NCBI GenBank assembly: GCA_051294905.1
Contig: CM119378.1
Location: 1,364,001 to 1,428,000, forward strand
Direction: 5' to 3'
Source of the DNA: Botryllus schlosseri
Taxonomy: Eukaryota
Length of the DNA stretch: 64,000 nt
Of this stretch, positions 49,601 to 63,699 are shown in pieces. The position numbers and the translations under genes were made by a program. Positions within the stretch are counted from its first letter, which is position 1, and every line of letters begins with the position of its first letter. Under the pieces are notes generated by a model. The model was not told the DNA's origin. It saw only the letters and a program-made list of their open reading frames with translations, and did not search any database.

Positions 49601-52600
49601 GAGTGTCGACAATCACAACAAATAAAACATCGGATAGTACCGGAAGGTTACGTTTGGCTATAGGCCTTCGTAATCACTCTTCTCTGTCACGAAGCTGCAG
49701 TTATAGTAACCTGCCGAACTACTACCATAATCTACAAGTCTTTGTCGAATCAAAAAAAAAAGAAAAAAATCTACTACATATATATTGATATATATGTATT
49801 TATAACCACACATTACTACATTACCACATTAATTGCTCCCAACTTACCAACTAACTGAAATACTACTACTACTGCATATCTAACCACCACGTAAGCCGTA
49901 ATAAAGTTATGGCTGATATGTTCTGAAGGATGCGGGTCAATGTTTCAGTGGGCATTAGCGCTGAGCCTCTGACACAGCTTCGTCAAACCCTGGTTAAAAG
50001 CCACTGTTGTAACATCTGCCTGATTGATTTTTCGAGACACCCGCATAAAACCCAACGCTGTATAATGGGACGAGTCACCGCACTGAAGCTCCGGTTCCTG
50101 GTCTGGTCACATCACAAAAGCACATACAGCTTCCGGGCATTGGAAAAGAACTAATTCGCAGCGTCATAGAATAGAAAACAGTAGTTCCGACTAGCTACCG
50201 GTCTTTACATCATGATTAGCTATTTGCAGCCAAGACAGCACAAGGTATCCAGCGGCTGAAACATCGATATCATCGACCGCGACCAATAAGCAAAGCGACG
50301 GTTCGCATTCTATCGCCAAACCTTATTCGCAAGGTATTAGGAGCAAGCCGCTCATCAACTTTACGAGCGCTGGTTTATATTGGATTTCGCGCGATGCAGC
50401 GCGACTTTAATGAGCCCGTGATTGATCAGGAAACTTATGACGACAACATGCTTTGTTGTTACCAGATAGCCATAGTAAAGCAATTTCAATAACGACGCTT
50501 GCTTTGCGTATTACAAGCACGACTGTACCGTAATCTCAAATTCAATAGACTTGCGGATAGTTGAGCCTCATCCATTATAACGCAGACCAAATAAATCGAT
50601 GCCAAGCCATTAAATATTCAGCATGCCTACAAAATATACTGCCTGAAGAGACACTTGGAGGAACATAACTTTAGAACATTGTACGTAATACGATTGTTGA
50701 TATACAAAGTTCTCTTTAATTCTCTACTAGTTGCTGACGATTACACGACGAGTGTCAGCCAAAAATATTCCGGTTTTGTTTCAATATGAATATACTACAT
50801 ACGCTACTGTAACATAAACTCGCAGATACACCCGCGATAGAAGAACCTCTCTTTTAACTGAAACGCATAACCTAACCACTGATCTTTATAAATATAACCG
50901 CAATTTCTCGCTCAAAGCTTCTCGACTGCCTCTGTTCAATGACGCTCAGGGTGAATAATTCACGCGATTTGAATCTGTTGTCTGACACTGCGAAACGTAA
51001 CATATATGACCAATATCGCGACGATTCGCAATATCGAGAATAGCGTGCAACCTGTCTCTGAGCTGAGCTGGGTCGCTATCAAACGAAAGACTTCCTGCGC
51101 TGTGAGTCGGACGTTCTCGTTACTCGGCACGCCGTCGTGTGACTAACGAGCAAGAGGCTTAGTCGACTCTTCGCGAGAAACAATAAGCAATATGCATCTT
51201 TGGAGTGGTACTTCGCCAGCAATATGACAGTCCTTCAACACATCCGTGCAGATACTGAATATTACTGGTAAACGCTCAAGATTTACGGAATGCAATCTCA
51301 CTTATCGGCTTCGCCTACCGACACAAGCCACTTCATTTTCATGCGCGCTTTATTTGTGCTATTTATCTTCTGTTACGTTTACTTTAGTGTGCAGTGCATG
51401 CCTCTTATTTAATGTTGTGCCCAGGTTGGTGTTCGATTGAATGACTAGTACATGTCGTTTCTAGTCCCTCCTATCTTTTCATTGTATCGCAATCTTGTGG
51501 TGTTTTGAATTGATAAAATTATTAATTAACTGAAATGAACCGGATGCCTTTCGCACACTATGGGCGTTGCCGAAATAGTGAAAACCACACCTCTTGTTCG
51601 GTGAGCCTTTGCGAGATTTCGCTTTCCGCGCACGTCCTGTGGACCACGGGTTCCGTGAGCCCGTCTTCAACGTCTTGCAACCACGAGCGCAGATCGTTCA
51701 TGCTGTTCTCCAACTGACCGACAGCTTGCAAAGTTTCCCTCAGCTTCTTAGATCTAAAACACAGCACAGCCTTTGTGAGATATCGCTAACGTACGAACGG
51801 AGGTTGATCTGTAACGAAGTATATCTACTTATTCAGAGCACTCAAGTAGCCTTTGCCTTTGTGGGATCACTTACTATGGTAATTATGTTCTTAGGATACT
51901 TCTTAGTTTACTTGAACAATTTTCAGACAAACGTACTTGGTTTTAGCACTTTTAAATTGGACAGTAGTTTAGGGATAAGTGTCCACGATTTTGAGAGTGA
52001 ATTCGTTGCTAGAAACTCGTGAAATAGCCCCAGTATCACGGTAGGGTGACCAAATGTCCTCGAAATCAAAAATATCCTTTGTGGTCCTTTATAGCTTTTG
52101 AGAACCAGGCGATTGTACACGGACAACTAAACATCCCAGATCTGTGATGACTGCAAAGTTTGGGAATCGCTGTTTATTCCACTTTCAAAATCAACTAACT
52201 CAGCACAAACCTGGACTTGTTCATGTTCTCGAGATTCTTCCACCACTTGTTGAGCTTGTCCAGCTTGTTCGTGACGTCACGAGAGCGACTCTCGAAGCGG
52301 CCGCCGATTAATTTCTGTCCGAGGTTGCAGATTTCGACTTTGCGATCTTCGGCGCTGGTCAGAGCTTGCTGGTATTGCTGAGATATAACAAAAATCGACT
52401 GTGAAACGTAATCGGAGCGAAATGCAATCAGGACATGGAAAACAAGCACGTTAGCGAATATATAGAAGAGATAATAGGCAAAAACATAACAAGTCATGAA
52501 ATATTTGCAATCTTCGAAGCTATATATGCGGCTATTGCGATACAGAGGCTATTCGAGGTGCAAACATGTCCCAAAACTGCTTTCAGTTCTACAAAATACA

Positions 52601-55600
52601 GTGTGTAAAAAGTAAGTAGTTGAGACTAATGGAACTGTAAAGTAAAAGTGGAAGTAGTCTAAATACATGAGCACTCGAGTATTGCAAGTAGGCAAAAGCG
52701 ACTTGAGTTTCCGAAAAAGTAATTTTGTATACAATTGAAAAATATATTTCTATCGCAATAAATATGGATATTTTTGGCTGACACTCGTCAGGGGTAAACA
52801 TTTTGTGATATGATTGTTGACATACAGATATTTTCCAATTCTCTACCAGTTCCAGTGTTAGCCGAAAATTTTTGGGTTTATTTCAATATGACTACATTAT
52901 ATTCAATTTTACACTGAAAAAGCAACAGTTCTTCGCTCATTCACTCACCTTTTCCAATTCCTCCATGACATCCTCGAGCGGCAATTCGACGGCTTGCGAT
53001 ATTTTCGATTCCATTTCATTCAACCACTCGCAGAGGTCGCGATATTTCGCGTCAAAGTCTTCCCATTCGCCCAGTCTGCAGCGATTTAATTTTCATTATT
53101 TTATAATATATTTTCGAAAAAATTTAAGTTTTTAAATTCTTTTTAATCCCTCAGTTTCATTCAAAGAGAAGCACGAGTGACAAAGCACGGCTTCGCTGCT
53201 CTTCAACGCAGGCCTTTCATAATCTACTCCAACCCACCTAGCCTCAATAAGGCTTCTTCTTTGCTGGGTCTGATTCCGGAGCTCTTCCCATTGAGACCGG
53301 ACCAGGTCCGCGCGTTGACGCAATAGACCAACATCGGCGGGGCAGAAATCTTGCGTTAAATTGTCGATATTTTCGTTCAAAGATCTGAAAAAGAATCTGA
53401 ATGTTTCAATCTATATCAGAAACGGAAAAAGACCGATATTTCGATTAGCAAGAATGTCACCAATGCTGATATCACACCAAAAACCCCAAAAATGCTTCGA
53501 TGGGCATTGTAAACTATGTACCAATGGTATTCAACATTTGTGTATTGATCAAAAGTAAATTTCAAAACAATGGTTGCTTACCCGTGAATTTTGAAATATC
53601 AAAATTAACATAAATGTAATTACGACAAGTATGTGTAACTCAAAAGGAAAAATTGGAAACTTCAATAGCACAGTTCTCTAGGGCCTAGGCAATAGAATAC
53701 TGCTAAATTGTGCTGTCGAAATGTGAAGAATATATTTAAAAAGTCTTCTTAGCTTTCACTTATAACTAGTCTCACACGAGTTGTATTTTACTTTTAAACA
53801 GTTTAGTACTACACTGGCAGCGACAATAATTCAAAACCAGACCATGAACTCTATATTACGAGGCAGTACATAAAATGTGTTCGATATTTCAACATCAATT
53901 GGAAATTTGCTATTGCATTTCTGTAACCTCCAACCTCTTGCAACTGGGATAGTTGACATAGACCAGTGTTCAAAAACCACTGATCTATGCTACGTTGAGA
54001 TCGGTGCTCGAATTTCTCACCTCAGTTTATCGCCAGTCATGTCGAACACGATTTCCCTGTCCCGGCATTTGATCATGGCCGCGTGAATCCCGTCCTGGTC
54101 ATGGAGTAAAGACATGGCCAGCATTTGTTTTGTGTCACGCAACCAACCGGTGATATCGTTGACCTTTGACTCGCACGAGCTCCACTCGGACATGATTCGC
54201 TGAAGGGTTCGTCTGCGAGATTCAAAATGTGTTCAAGCTCGATTCAATGATCGTAATCAATGAAATCCACCATTAAAATACTCGAAAAGATATCCTATTA
54301 TATATACGATAGAATAGGTTTGGATTTAGGTTACGGTTATGAATGTTCCTACAATACCCTAACCCCAAACTCTAATTCAATTATATACACATGGATCTCC
54401 TATTTTCATTAGGGTTGTTAAAAAATAACCATTTTCTTCAAATTTTACCGGCTATACAATAAAATTGTTAGGTTGGGTCAAAAACGCTGCACATCAAATT
54501 TGGCACCATTTAAACCAGTTGAAGCCAAGTTATTGATGATCAAAATTTAGTATTTTAGTATTTATGGTTCTTTAATATATTGAAGAACTTGCCATCGCAA
54601 ATGCTATTTTTTTTTAAATCCAAAATTTTATACTCCAATAATTTCGGTTGCAATTGAACCAAATTTGTGGTGCATCGTTTTTTTTATCGAATAGCGAGCA
54701 AAATTTGGAGAAATATTTTATTTTCGAACAACCCTGATGTGCATAAATCGAGTTTGGTAGAGAACACAGTTGATGATCACATCAAACACCATTAAAACTG
54801 ACGAATTCATGGGGAACATTGATTGGTGATGATCATTGTGAACACTTATCGATATGCATAAGCAAGTACACTAGAATGGAAAAACGCTTCATTTAAATAT
54901 TTATGAGTAATTCCTACTTTTTCTGTTGAATATCCTTGTTCAGTTCCAGCCAATCGTCATGAAGAGCTGACAGCTCATTTCTGAAATCTTCTGCGTCTGA
55001 TTGTTCAGTGAACGGTAAAACTTCTTTCCCTGCTTCTAACGTTTGACTGCAAGTACTTTCGTTGATCGCGGCCATCCTTTCCAATGACTGCAAATTCCAA
55101 AACGTAGGATGTCATTAAAGAAGTGATTACACTATTTCAGAGTACTCAAGCAGGTTTTGCCTCCTGAAAATATTCGGGTTTATTTCAATATCAATATATT
55201 ATTCTGTTCAGTTGCGAATAAAATCATCCCCATTTTCAAAATAACTCACGTCCAACTTTTCGAGATCATTTCCAATTCCTCTCATCGACAGACGGACACT
55301 CTTTTCGCTTTCCAAACACCGCAAAGCTTCCTTCGTATCTGCCATCCATTTCGATAATGATTTCTTGTTACTAACGTAAGAGCCCCACGCTCGAACGGCT
55401 TCATCCACAGAAGTTTTTCTGTTTTCCATCCCGTCCATCACCAGGTCCCATTGGGTTTGCAGTTGATCGAGTTTGTGTTTGAATTCATTCCTGAATACAG
55501 TGGTGGTGTGAGATTTATATACTGATGAGTACTCAAATGTGAATCTTATGTGACATAGAACTGGCATTATGTTATTTGTGGTGGCATTTAAGATACATAT

Positions 55601-58600
55601 TTGAACTTCCAGTATGCCAGTGACTTGATATTTAGGAGCCCTACTATTAGAAGGCACTGTCTATTTCTGGCATCATTAGACTGGCAATTTCTGCCTGTAT
55701 ATCTTCTACAACAAACCTTTCGTCTTCTGTTCCGTGTTCCAAAAGCTCTTCACCGTCAGATAGGATCGATCTTAGCACCTGTTGTCGACTCGCCATTTCA
55801 ACCACAAAGAACTCCATCGTTCTATGAAGAAATGACAAATTTTCAGCATGTCAAAGCTGCAAATAACTGTGTTTCCTACCTTGATTGGTCGAGTAAACCC
55901 TGATAACTTGTCGCGAGGTCAGAGGTCAAGCTCACTTCCATCTGCGTGATGAAAAGCATCCACGATTCGCATTTCTCCACAAAATTCAAGTGCTGAAGGT
56001 GCATTGATTGTAGATGCTGAAACCTGTTGAAGACCAGTTGATGAGAGCCATCCATAACATTGCTTACGATGCCGGTGACACTTATTTATGCAGCCTGGCA
56101 CTGGCTCGTCAGAACAACAAGTTAAAGAAGATTTAATGCAGTGAATGTCTGCTCTACTAATAGCAGCAGTTTCAAAGACAGGTCAAATCTACTTCAAATT
56201 GAGTTTTCTCTTCCAAATTTACAGTAAACCCATTGAAACTGTTGAGTTGTCTACAAAAACGATGCAAAACAAATTTGACGCAATTCCAACGCGTAGAAGC
56301 AAAGTTATTTGAGCTTTTCATTCACAATTCTGGGATTACCCACCGTCAATGTTATTTTCGCTAACTCAAAACTTTCGACCGCAATAATTTCGATTCTACA
56401 AGTTGGAAGTAGACAAAAATTGTTACGCATCGTTCTTTTAGGCAACTTAACAATTTCTTGGGGTTGACAGTAAAATTTGAAAAACTAAATTTTTGAACAG
56501 CCCAAGCCGCATAAACAAACCCTAACAAACCTCTCCATAGTCTTCTTTGAAAGTTCTCTCCAAGTCGCGTTGACATTTTGTAGCTTGCTGACGTGAACTT
56601 CTAACAAAGGCAAGTCGTAGCCGAGGTTGTTGAGGTCATTGAGCGATTGAGAATACGTTTTAAACGTCTGCAACTGGATTCTCACTTCCTCCATTCGGCT
56701 CTGAATCAGCAACAATCATTAACAATTAGAGAAAATATACAATGAAAGCGACCGTCCAGCGTTGGTCAGTAATGAAGAACTTCTACTTTTCATACCGCTC
56801 AAGTATTTCTATTTTTAGACTACTTCCACATCTACTTGGAACAGTATTTGGGGTAAAAACACACTCTGCCACATTTCAGAGAAAAATATCCGACCAACTT
56901 GACTACATATCATGGGATTATCTGTAAATAAATACTTCAACTTTATTAAAGTACTCCACTAGGTTTTGAATATTTGCATTATTTGGTCAAGTAATTACGT
57001 TTTTACACTACTAACAAACGGACCAACCTCCAACAGCGTTTCAGCAATTGCCGAGTCATCTCGATCCAAAACATCCGCGGCTTCCAGAAGCCAGGACTCG
57101 ATGAACTTCAGTTTTTGCTTGAATTCGTTCATTTGGAGCTTGACTCTGCCGACTTTTTCAAGGCCGGCTTGAAGACGGTGTGCAGCATTCGTGATAGATT
57201 TCTCAAGCCTGGCATAAAGAGTACTATATGTATAAGAGAGATCTCTTTACCTGACATGAATTTCATTGATAATTCCATATACTCTGTCTTGATAACCAAT
57301 ATCTAAATCTATATATAATTTTACTATATATATATATACTATAGTTTGCCTTACCTTTCACATTGTAGTCTGCACGTTTGAGACGAAGCAGATACCGACG
57401 AAATTTGGTTCAATTTTTCAGGGAAAGACAACAATTCCGGCAATGATTTCTCAAGTTCCGCGCACACATGAAGCAATTCCTTAGGTTTAAATTCAGATAT
57501 TACTCAAACCGGATCAGATATTATGTTCGTAATATTAGTAACGCTAACCTGTGCTTTCACTTCACAATGATGGGGATTTTCCATTATCGCAACACCAGAC
57601 AGAACTTCCTCAGATTGTGACATGACAGTGAACAATCTGTTTTCCACGTGCTGATAAAGGTTTTCGTACTGCTGCCAGATTTCAGAGCTTTTTCGAAGAT
57701 GAGAAATTAATTTTTCTGCGTCGGAGTAAAGTTGGTTCCATCTGCAAATGCAATGAAGGTTTTGAACAATTTCGAAAACACTTGATAGTCAATATTGTAA
57801 GTGTAATCCGGTAAATTTCTACTCAATTACGAGTAGAAGTAGCAATTTTCAAGAATGGCGAAGTTATATGAGTTTTTCATTAACAATTCTGGGATTACCA
57901 GCCGTCCAGGCTATTTTAGCGAAACCAAAACTGCAATAACTTTGCTTCTACGGGTTGGAAGTGAGCAAAAATTGGTAAGCATCTTTCTTTTAGACAAATT
58001 CACAATTTAATGGGGCTGAAACTATGATTTTTTTGTTTTCGATTTTCTCATATTAAATTCAAAATATTCAAACTCATGTGCGTTCACATCTACCAGTTGG
58101 ATTCCAGTCAAATTTGGTGTGGAGTGATTTTTTAAGCAACCTATCAATTTATTCGGTGAATCCCCGGAATCCGGGAAAAAAGTTATTTTTGAACAACCCT
58201 ATTGCTCAATTAAGTAATTTCAAAAAGTAGATTTGGGTCACATAATTTCATCAATTAATCAGACGTAACTATTTTCAAAATCAACTAATTCAAACTAATT
58301 AATGAAACTACAGATAGTTAAAATCACCGAAACTGAATTCAGATACCGTGATACAGGGGATATTTAACGGGGCTCTGATGACAATTTCACTTATAAAAAT
58401 GATTAGAATCTGTCCCAAAACAACTTTCTACCCTACAAAATTTAAATTGCAAAAAACAAGTATGTTTGCGCAAAAATCTGTTCACTAACAGATGGAAGCA
58501 GTCAAAAACTTGAGCAAATGGTGCAACTAAGTTGATAATTCCACTGGCAAACGTGATGCAAATCTGCCCGGAAAATTAAGCTTTTAGTTTACAAAATCCA

Positions 58601-61600
58601 AATCAAAAGTTGGTTCAATTGAGTGAATAGTTCATAAACAAAAACTACTTAAGTATGCTGAGAACAAGTAGTCTGTTACTCCCCACCCGTTATATTTCAA
58701 ACCGTTACCTGTTGTCAAGACTGCTGATTTTATCTCGGACATCTTCAGCGGTAGACGGATTGCATAAAGCTATCAACGACGCAGATTCGACTTGAAGGAA
58801 CTCTTGTTGGGAAAAATGGTGATCGAGCTTGACTCGAAGACCTGGAGAATGGAGAAAGATTGTTACATCTTTGCTAACATAGGTCTTTTATTTGAATGTA
58901 GACGTTAATCATATTCCGCCATGTACAAATGGATGTAATGAAAGGACCTTCAAGTTTGGATAGGTGAGAATTCAAGGCCTCGGCAGACAGGCAGGGAGTC
59001 GTGCACTTGATAAGAGTTTGTTCTGCATCGTCTAGTTCTTTGATAGTGGACAGCTCGGTTTCGCGGAATCTGAAAATTAAAAAAATCTCTCAGTACTATT
59101 TCACCGTCTTAACATCGATATCACACTTTGAAAGAGATATTGGTATCGGCCATTAGTGGTGAAAAATTATCGGCAATTTTGCAACGTTACAGCATGGTAG
59201 CGGGGAATCAGAGAACAATACTCTGCGACCGTCGGACTGGGAATATTGATCTATTTCTTATAGCTTATAGGTTTCCAGATGCAGCCTTTGTAGCTAAAAA
59301 GCTGTTCAAATATATGCTCTGAAATATTGGAAATTCGACTCAACCTAGATGTAATATTTCTTTATTACCGGCATCAGTCTGGTGTTTTAAGATAATATCA
59401 CTCACCTTTCCCATTGATTCAGCGCCTTTTTCAAACTGATCTTACTCTGATTGACCTCGTGCTCCAAGAGCGCCCAAGATTGATTGAGCGCGGCCAGTTT
59501 GGGACTCCCGGCACCAGGCTCAGTGGACTCGGCTCGAAATTTGTCGTTCTTCGAGGCTACCAAGTCTGAGATGAAAATGTGGATGACTTCATTAAACATT
59601 TTCAAAAATCACATAAACACACCAGAGTTGTCTAAGTAGTAATTTTTAATACTCAAGTAGAAGTAAAGTCCTAAATTTCTACTTGAGCGCTAGTAGAAGT
59701 AGAGATATACAAGGCATCTCTGATAATCTCCGAAAATATATTCGGATACTGTAATACAGGGGCTATTTCATTCGGTTTTTATGACAACTTCAATCATGAA
59801 AGTCAACCACGCTTATCACATTGTTCTCACACAAAATTAAGATGGTAAGTTCAAGTTTTGGCTTAAAAATTGTTGAGTGGAAGTGAAAGTAGTTAAAAAA
59901 ACATATCCACCTAATTGAATACTATTTTCATATTGAAATAGACCGGAATGTGTAAGTAAGCAGCATAAGCGGGAAAACCCAACTGTAGTTCCACGAAAAG
60001 TAAAAGTAACTCGTTACTGACCCCTCTGTAAGTAACCCACCTTTATATTCTTTTTCTAAATCCCTTATTTCGGAATATATTTTTTTCAATTTAGGCTCGA
60101 GACCCTGTATGTCGAGAATCGCTCTCTGAACTTTTGGCTTGCTCGCAGCCAACGGTTGGTTTTGATAGAACTGAAATGAGAGTTTATTTATTTTGTCAAC
60201 CATAATATACAGAAGGCATCGTTAATAATCATGCATGTCATTAAATGTTTTTGCGTCAAAGAAATGAAGCGCACCTGAAGGTATGAGTCGAGCCATTGCC
60301 GAATTTCTGAAACAGATTTTTCATGAGCTTCCCATCGGTCTGCCTCAGAGTCCAGTTGTGACTGACAATTGTCAATCTGAATTGGGTTTAAGAACATATA
60401 AGTTGCCAACAACAAATTGCAAAGGCAGAACCTCTCGTTAGTTCTGGATTGCAAGATAACTGTCACAATTTACCATGTTAAAATAGTCAGAAAGAGGGTT
60501 ATTCAACAAAAATTGCAATAACATCATATATCAAAAATGTTTTCAAAATTTTAGTAATCAAGGTGATCAGATGGTATAAGTTCAATGTACTCAATGTGCC
60601 AGTGTCAGCCAGAAATATTTGGATATATTGCAATATGAATATATTATTCAATTATTTCTTTTATCAAAATGAATTGGAAACAAAGCAAAATCACTATAGG
60701 CTGAAAAGGTGAAAAGTTTAAATACGAGGATACATATGTACAGCCCGCTTTTAATTTACAAATAAATACACCAGTTGGCACGATATGAAAACAAGGTACT
60801 CAATTATAAATACTAGATTGAAATGGAAGGAAAATTTCAACAAAATTTAATATTGCAGAAGAAAATGCGATTCAAAATGGCTACAGGCGTACGTTTCAGT
60901 GGTGTAGATCAGAGGGAAAATAGAAATATACACGCTATTAGGCTTCACATAACTTTGCTGTAACCATAGTCATGAATTATTGTAACAATGGTTGTCAGTA
61001 GCAATGACACGGTGAATTACACTACCATTGACAAATTATGCCCACAGCAACAATCCGTAAGTTCTAAAACTCACTCTCGCTCTTAAAATATCCCATTCCG
61101 CGTTCATATCAGCTAATTTCCCAGCAATTTTCGAATCAGTTTTTGAAGACGCGTTGATGTTATCAACTGCTTGCTGTCTGGCCCACATGTCCGCTTGATA
61201 TGTCTGTAAACATGCAATATATTTGTAAAGCACTTTTTGGGGTACTCAAGTACTTTTTGGAGTACTCAAGTAGGCTTTGGTTGCTTGCACTACTTACTCA
61301 AGTCGATGCTTTGCGACTGCTCCCACTTTTACTTAATCTTTTCGAAGCAAAACCACTGACTTTTTAACAGTTCCGGATTTTTATGATTGTAATAATTTTT
61401 CAATTTTTTGATGCCTCTCAATTTTTACTTCTCTCAAAGTAGCCTTGAAATATCTCGGAATTAGCTACTTCTACTTAAAATTCAGTGGAAATTAGCGGCA
61501 TCACTTTTACTGCCCCAGCTCGTTACCTTGTACGATATCAATTGAGACTTGGCTCTTTCTGCCCCGGTAGTTTCATAACTTTCTCCTTTCAAGTTGTCCA

Positions 61601-63590
61601 GATGGTCATTCGTTTCCGCAATCCATTCCGCCATCTTGGATATTGATTGCAGGGGAGACAAGGAACCGAATTTGGCCTGAGACCGAATATATAAAATAAA
61701 TGAACGAAATAAAAAATTTAAAAAATTATAACCTCGTAAAGTCTTTCATTTAACCCAGGCAGTTTGTCGCCCATCCTTGCGACATTGCATTCAATGTTTT
61801 CGACGCTCTCGCGACACTTCTCTTTTCCAAGCCTCTTGAGCGACTGCAGATTGTCTGCTGTTTTCCTGAAATGCCTTGCCAAAATCTTGACTTTCTCAAA
61901 TTCACAGACACATTCGCCAAATTCATTACACCTGAAAATAAATATATGCACACATCAAACATAATTTGGTATATTTTTGACCTATTTCATTGCGCTTTGT
62001 GACTTGCTATGGATTTATCACGATTTCACAGATATCTCATTTCCACTAGCGCGAGTAGCTTTGGACTACATGTTATGTATGCTACATTAAGACCAATCGA
62101 GGTTTCAAGGCGAAACTATAATTCCAGTTGATAAAATAAATATCAATTCATTGGAACCAACAAGCTACACTGCAGAATGGCGCAAAATATTCAGCATTCA
62201 GAACTCCTCAAAATAAGAATTCAATGGAATCAGCAAAAGCTACTCTGTAGAATACTATGAATATTCAGGTTCATCACTGCCCAGCTACATCTCTATAGGT
62301 TACGAAATTTAAATGCCTTCATTGTGACGAGTAAATAGCCTGGGGCTCCGTCACACATGACTCGTTAACCGTGAATGTTTACAAGCTATTTTTAAACATA
62401 GCAGACATTTCATGGGCTACTAGTTACAATATAAAAGGGTACTAGAGATGGTTGTAATGTTGAAGATTGATGACAAAGTATCAAATTGGAAATACAAGTT
62501 AAAAAATGAATGGAAAAAGTGAATATTCTTCAATATCATAGGCAGTGTCGTAATTTCTAAGATAGGACCTTATATATAAGAGTGCTATGTCTCATAAAAC
62601 TATTGCCCTATTTCTAAGATTTTAGAGATTCATAAGACATTCTTTATTTTAGGCACTGTGGTCGTAGTTATGACTGAACCAATTTGATGTTTACAAATTC
62701 TGCGTTCAAACAACTTTGGTTGATGAAAACAACAAAAAAGCAAACAAATAGTAGCCAAACGATAGCTAGAGTCAAACTCTATTTATAAACACACAAAATA
62801 AAAAGAATTTAGTTACTTTTCTTCCATCTCATGTTCGCCAAAGTCAAAGCTTTCCACTTCAGCGACAATAGAAATCGGCCGTTGTACGTTTTCAATGGCC
62901 CATTCTGTCAATTTCGTCGATAATTCTGAAAATCTAATAAAAAACACATTTTTAGAAAAACGCAAATTCGGAAAACGAGCTAGTAAATTTCGACGTACTC
63001 TGGTAATATCTTTTCTATTGAGCGAAATCTTGTAATTTCCGCATCAACCTTTGACCTCAGCGCAATGAGTTTCTCAGTAGTACCGTTCAGCTCTGTTTTA
63101 AGTTGGTCGCATGCCACAATGCCGAAAATGCTCTCACATTCATCGACTGACTTTTGAAGTTCTGTGAAACAACAAGATTTGCACAAATTGACAATAATAA
63201 TTGATATAATCAGCCAAGATTAAAAGACATGAAAATTTGCAGTGTTAATTAGGGTTGTTTAAAAATAACTTTATTTTCCAAATTTTACCGGCTACTTGAA
63301 AAACTTGTTGGGTTGGCTAAATAAACGCTGCACACCAAGTTCTGTAATAGGATTATTGAATAAAAGTTATTTTTGAACAGCCCTAATATTTATGCCACAG
63401 AACGATTCCCTGCTTCATTCTTACCATTATCTGCGTCTTCCATTCTCTCTTGAATGTCAACCATTTTCGAAATATCATCGCGCAAGTTGTGAATGTTTTC
63501 CTCGTCCGCTTCACCGCTCTCAAATTCCATCTCAAATTGTGAAATTTGACGATTCAAGGTGACAAGTTTATCGTCGACAGCATTCCATAT
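31226..63590 (-). CDS. SYNE1: Nesprin-1 (spectrin-repeat KASH protein), 3' portion; the gene continues beyond the window end
   Basis: More than 35 GT-AG exons encoding spectrin repeats, e.g. 63590-63425, 63161-62999, 62933-62817, 61931-61733, 56023-55879, 55822-55718, 51752-51591, 45134-44948, 38953-38762, 37400-37197, 35380-35195, 34555-34478, 34312-34290, 31610-31226. Peptides KKLRETLQAVGQLENSMNDLRSWL and ALQRDIERHSSGVASVLDLCEVLLHDVDAC...LDRRWRNICSLSMERKL closely resemble vertebrate nesprin-1 as I recall it. LEWD motif and terminal KASH are present. Confidence 0.92.
32420..32630 (+). mobile_element. Short 3'-end copy of the CR1/L2-type LINE
   Basis: CAAGATTACCGGA...GGCCAGGTGGGTGTCTGATTTC...AAGTCGTTTCGACA plus an ACTGAT-like tail. 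Further copies at ~33390-33490, 42225-42470, 49063-49345, 51275-51540 and 24510-24640 (-). Confidence 0.75.
36160..36520. repeat. Diverged ~35-40-bp minisatellite (AACTAGAACTACTC(A/G)CT(T/C)TTCAAAA), about 10 copies, intronic
   Basis: Directly visible periodic AACTAGAACT / CTTTTCAAAA blocks. Confidence 0.85.
37967..37978 (-). other. SYNE1: Nesprin LEWD kinesin-1 light-chain-binding motif (adaptive domain)
   Basis: Spliced reading ...HSGR|ATPESLEWDLYD, built from exon 38392-38293 and the exon starting near 37994. Confidence 0.85.
39007..39372. mobile_element. hAT-type MITE (GGACAACTAG ends)
   Basis: TIRs CAGACTTGGACAACTAG / CTAGTTGTCCAAATTTG with degenerate 8-bp TSD GTTCTATC / GTCCCATC. Related bodies (CCTGAAAATGCTACAG) at ~42600-42880, 44700-44880 and 46390-46670, and related ends at ~35415 and 41430. 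Confidence 0.7.
46700..48130 (-). CDS. 477-codon Ser-rich exon inside the nesprin gene, probable alternative first coding exon
   Basis: 1443-nt ORF with its own ATG (in-frame TGA just upstream). Phase-0 donor AAG|GTACCT at 46700/46699 fits the next phase-0 nesprin exon (ALQRDIE..., 45134). Not spectrin-like and not TE-like. Confidence 0.7.
49063..49345 (+). mobile_element. Short 3'-end copy of the CR1/L2-type LINE
   Basis: CTCAAGATTACCTGACCACGA...CGCCTAGGCCAGGTGGGTGTC...ACTACTCCAAGTCGATTCGAC matches 20326-20570. (TGAA)-like tail. Confidence 0.8.
54408..54738. mobile_element. MITE (ATTAGGGTTGTT...AACAACCCTGAT)
   Basis: Terminal inverted repeats. Same family as 63248-63387 and 7281-7590. Confidence 0.7.
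63248..63387. mobile_element. Internally deleted MITE (ATTAGGGTTGTTTAAAAATAAC / GTTATTTTTGAACAGCCCTAAT)
   Basis: ~22-bp imperfect TIRs only 140 bp apart. Confidence 0.75.
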
Positions 63591-63699
63591 CTTGCATAAT
63601 AAAAAATTTTCAATTTATAAATCTGTTGGGAGACTCTCGAGGTGGAGTACTTCAATATACAATTTAATATTATATTCATACAGAAATAAACCAGAATTC

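Noticed and set aside
51594..52022. 142-aa plus-strand ORF, and similar antisense ORFs over nesprin exons
   Set aside because: Antisense shadows of GC-richer coding exons, with no domain signal.
62925..62999. Possible non-canonical intron or phase conflict in nesprin
   Set aside because: Using the TAG acceptor (exon start 62933) rather than the CAG 8 nt downstream restores the frame (EFSELSTKLTEW); all introns examined are GT-AG.
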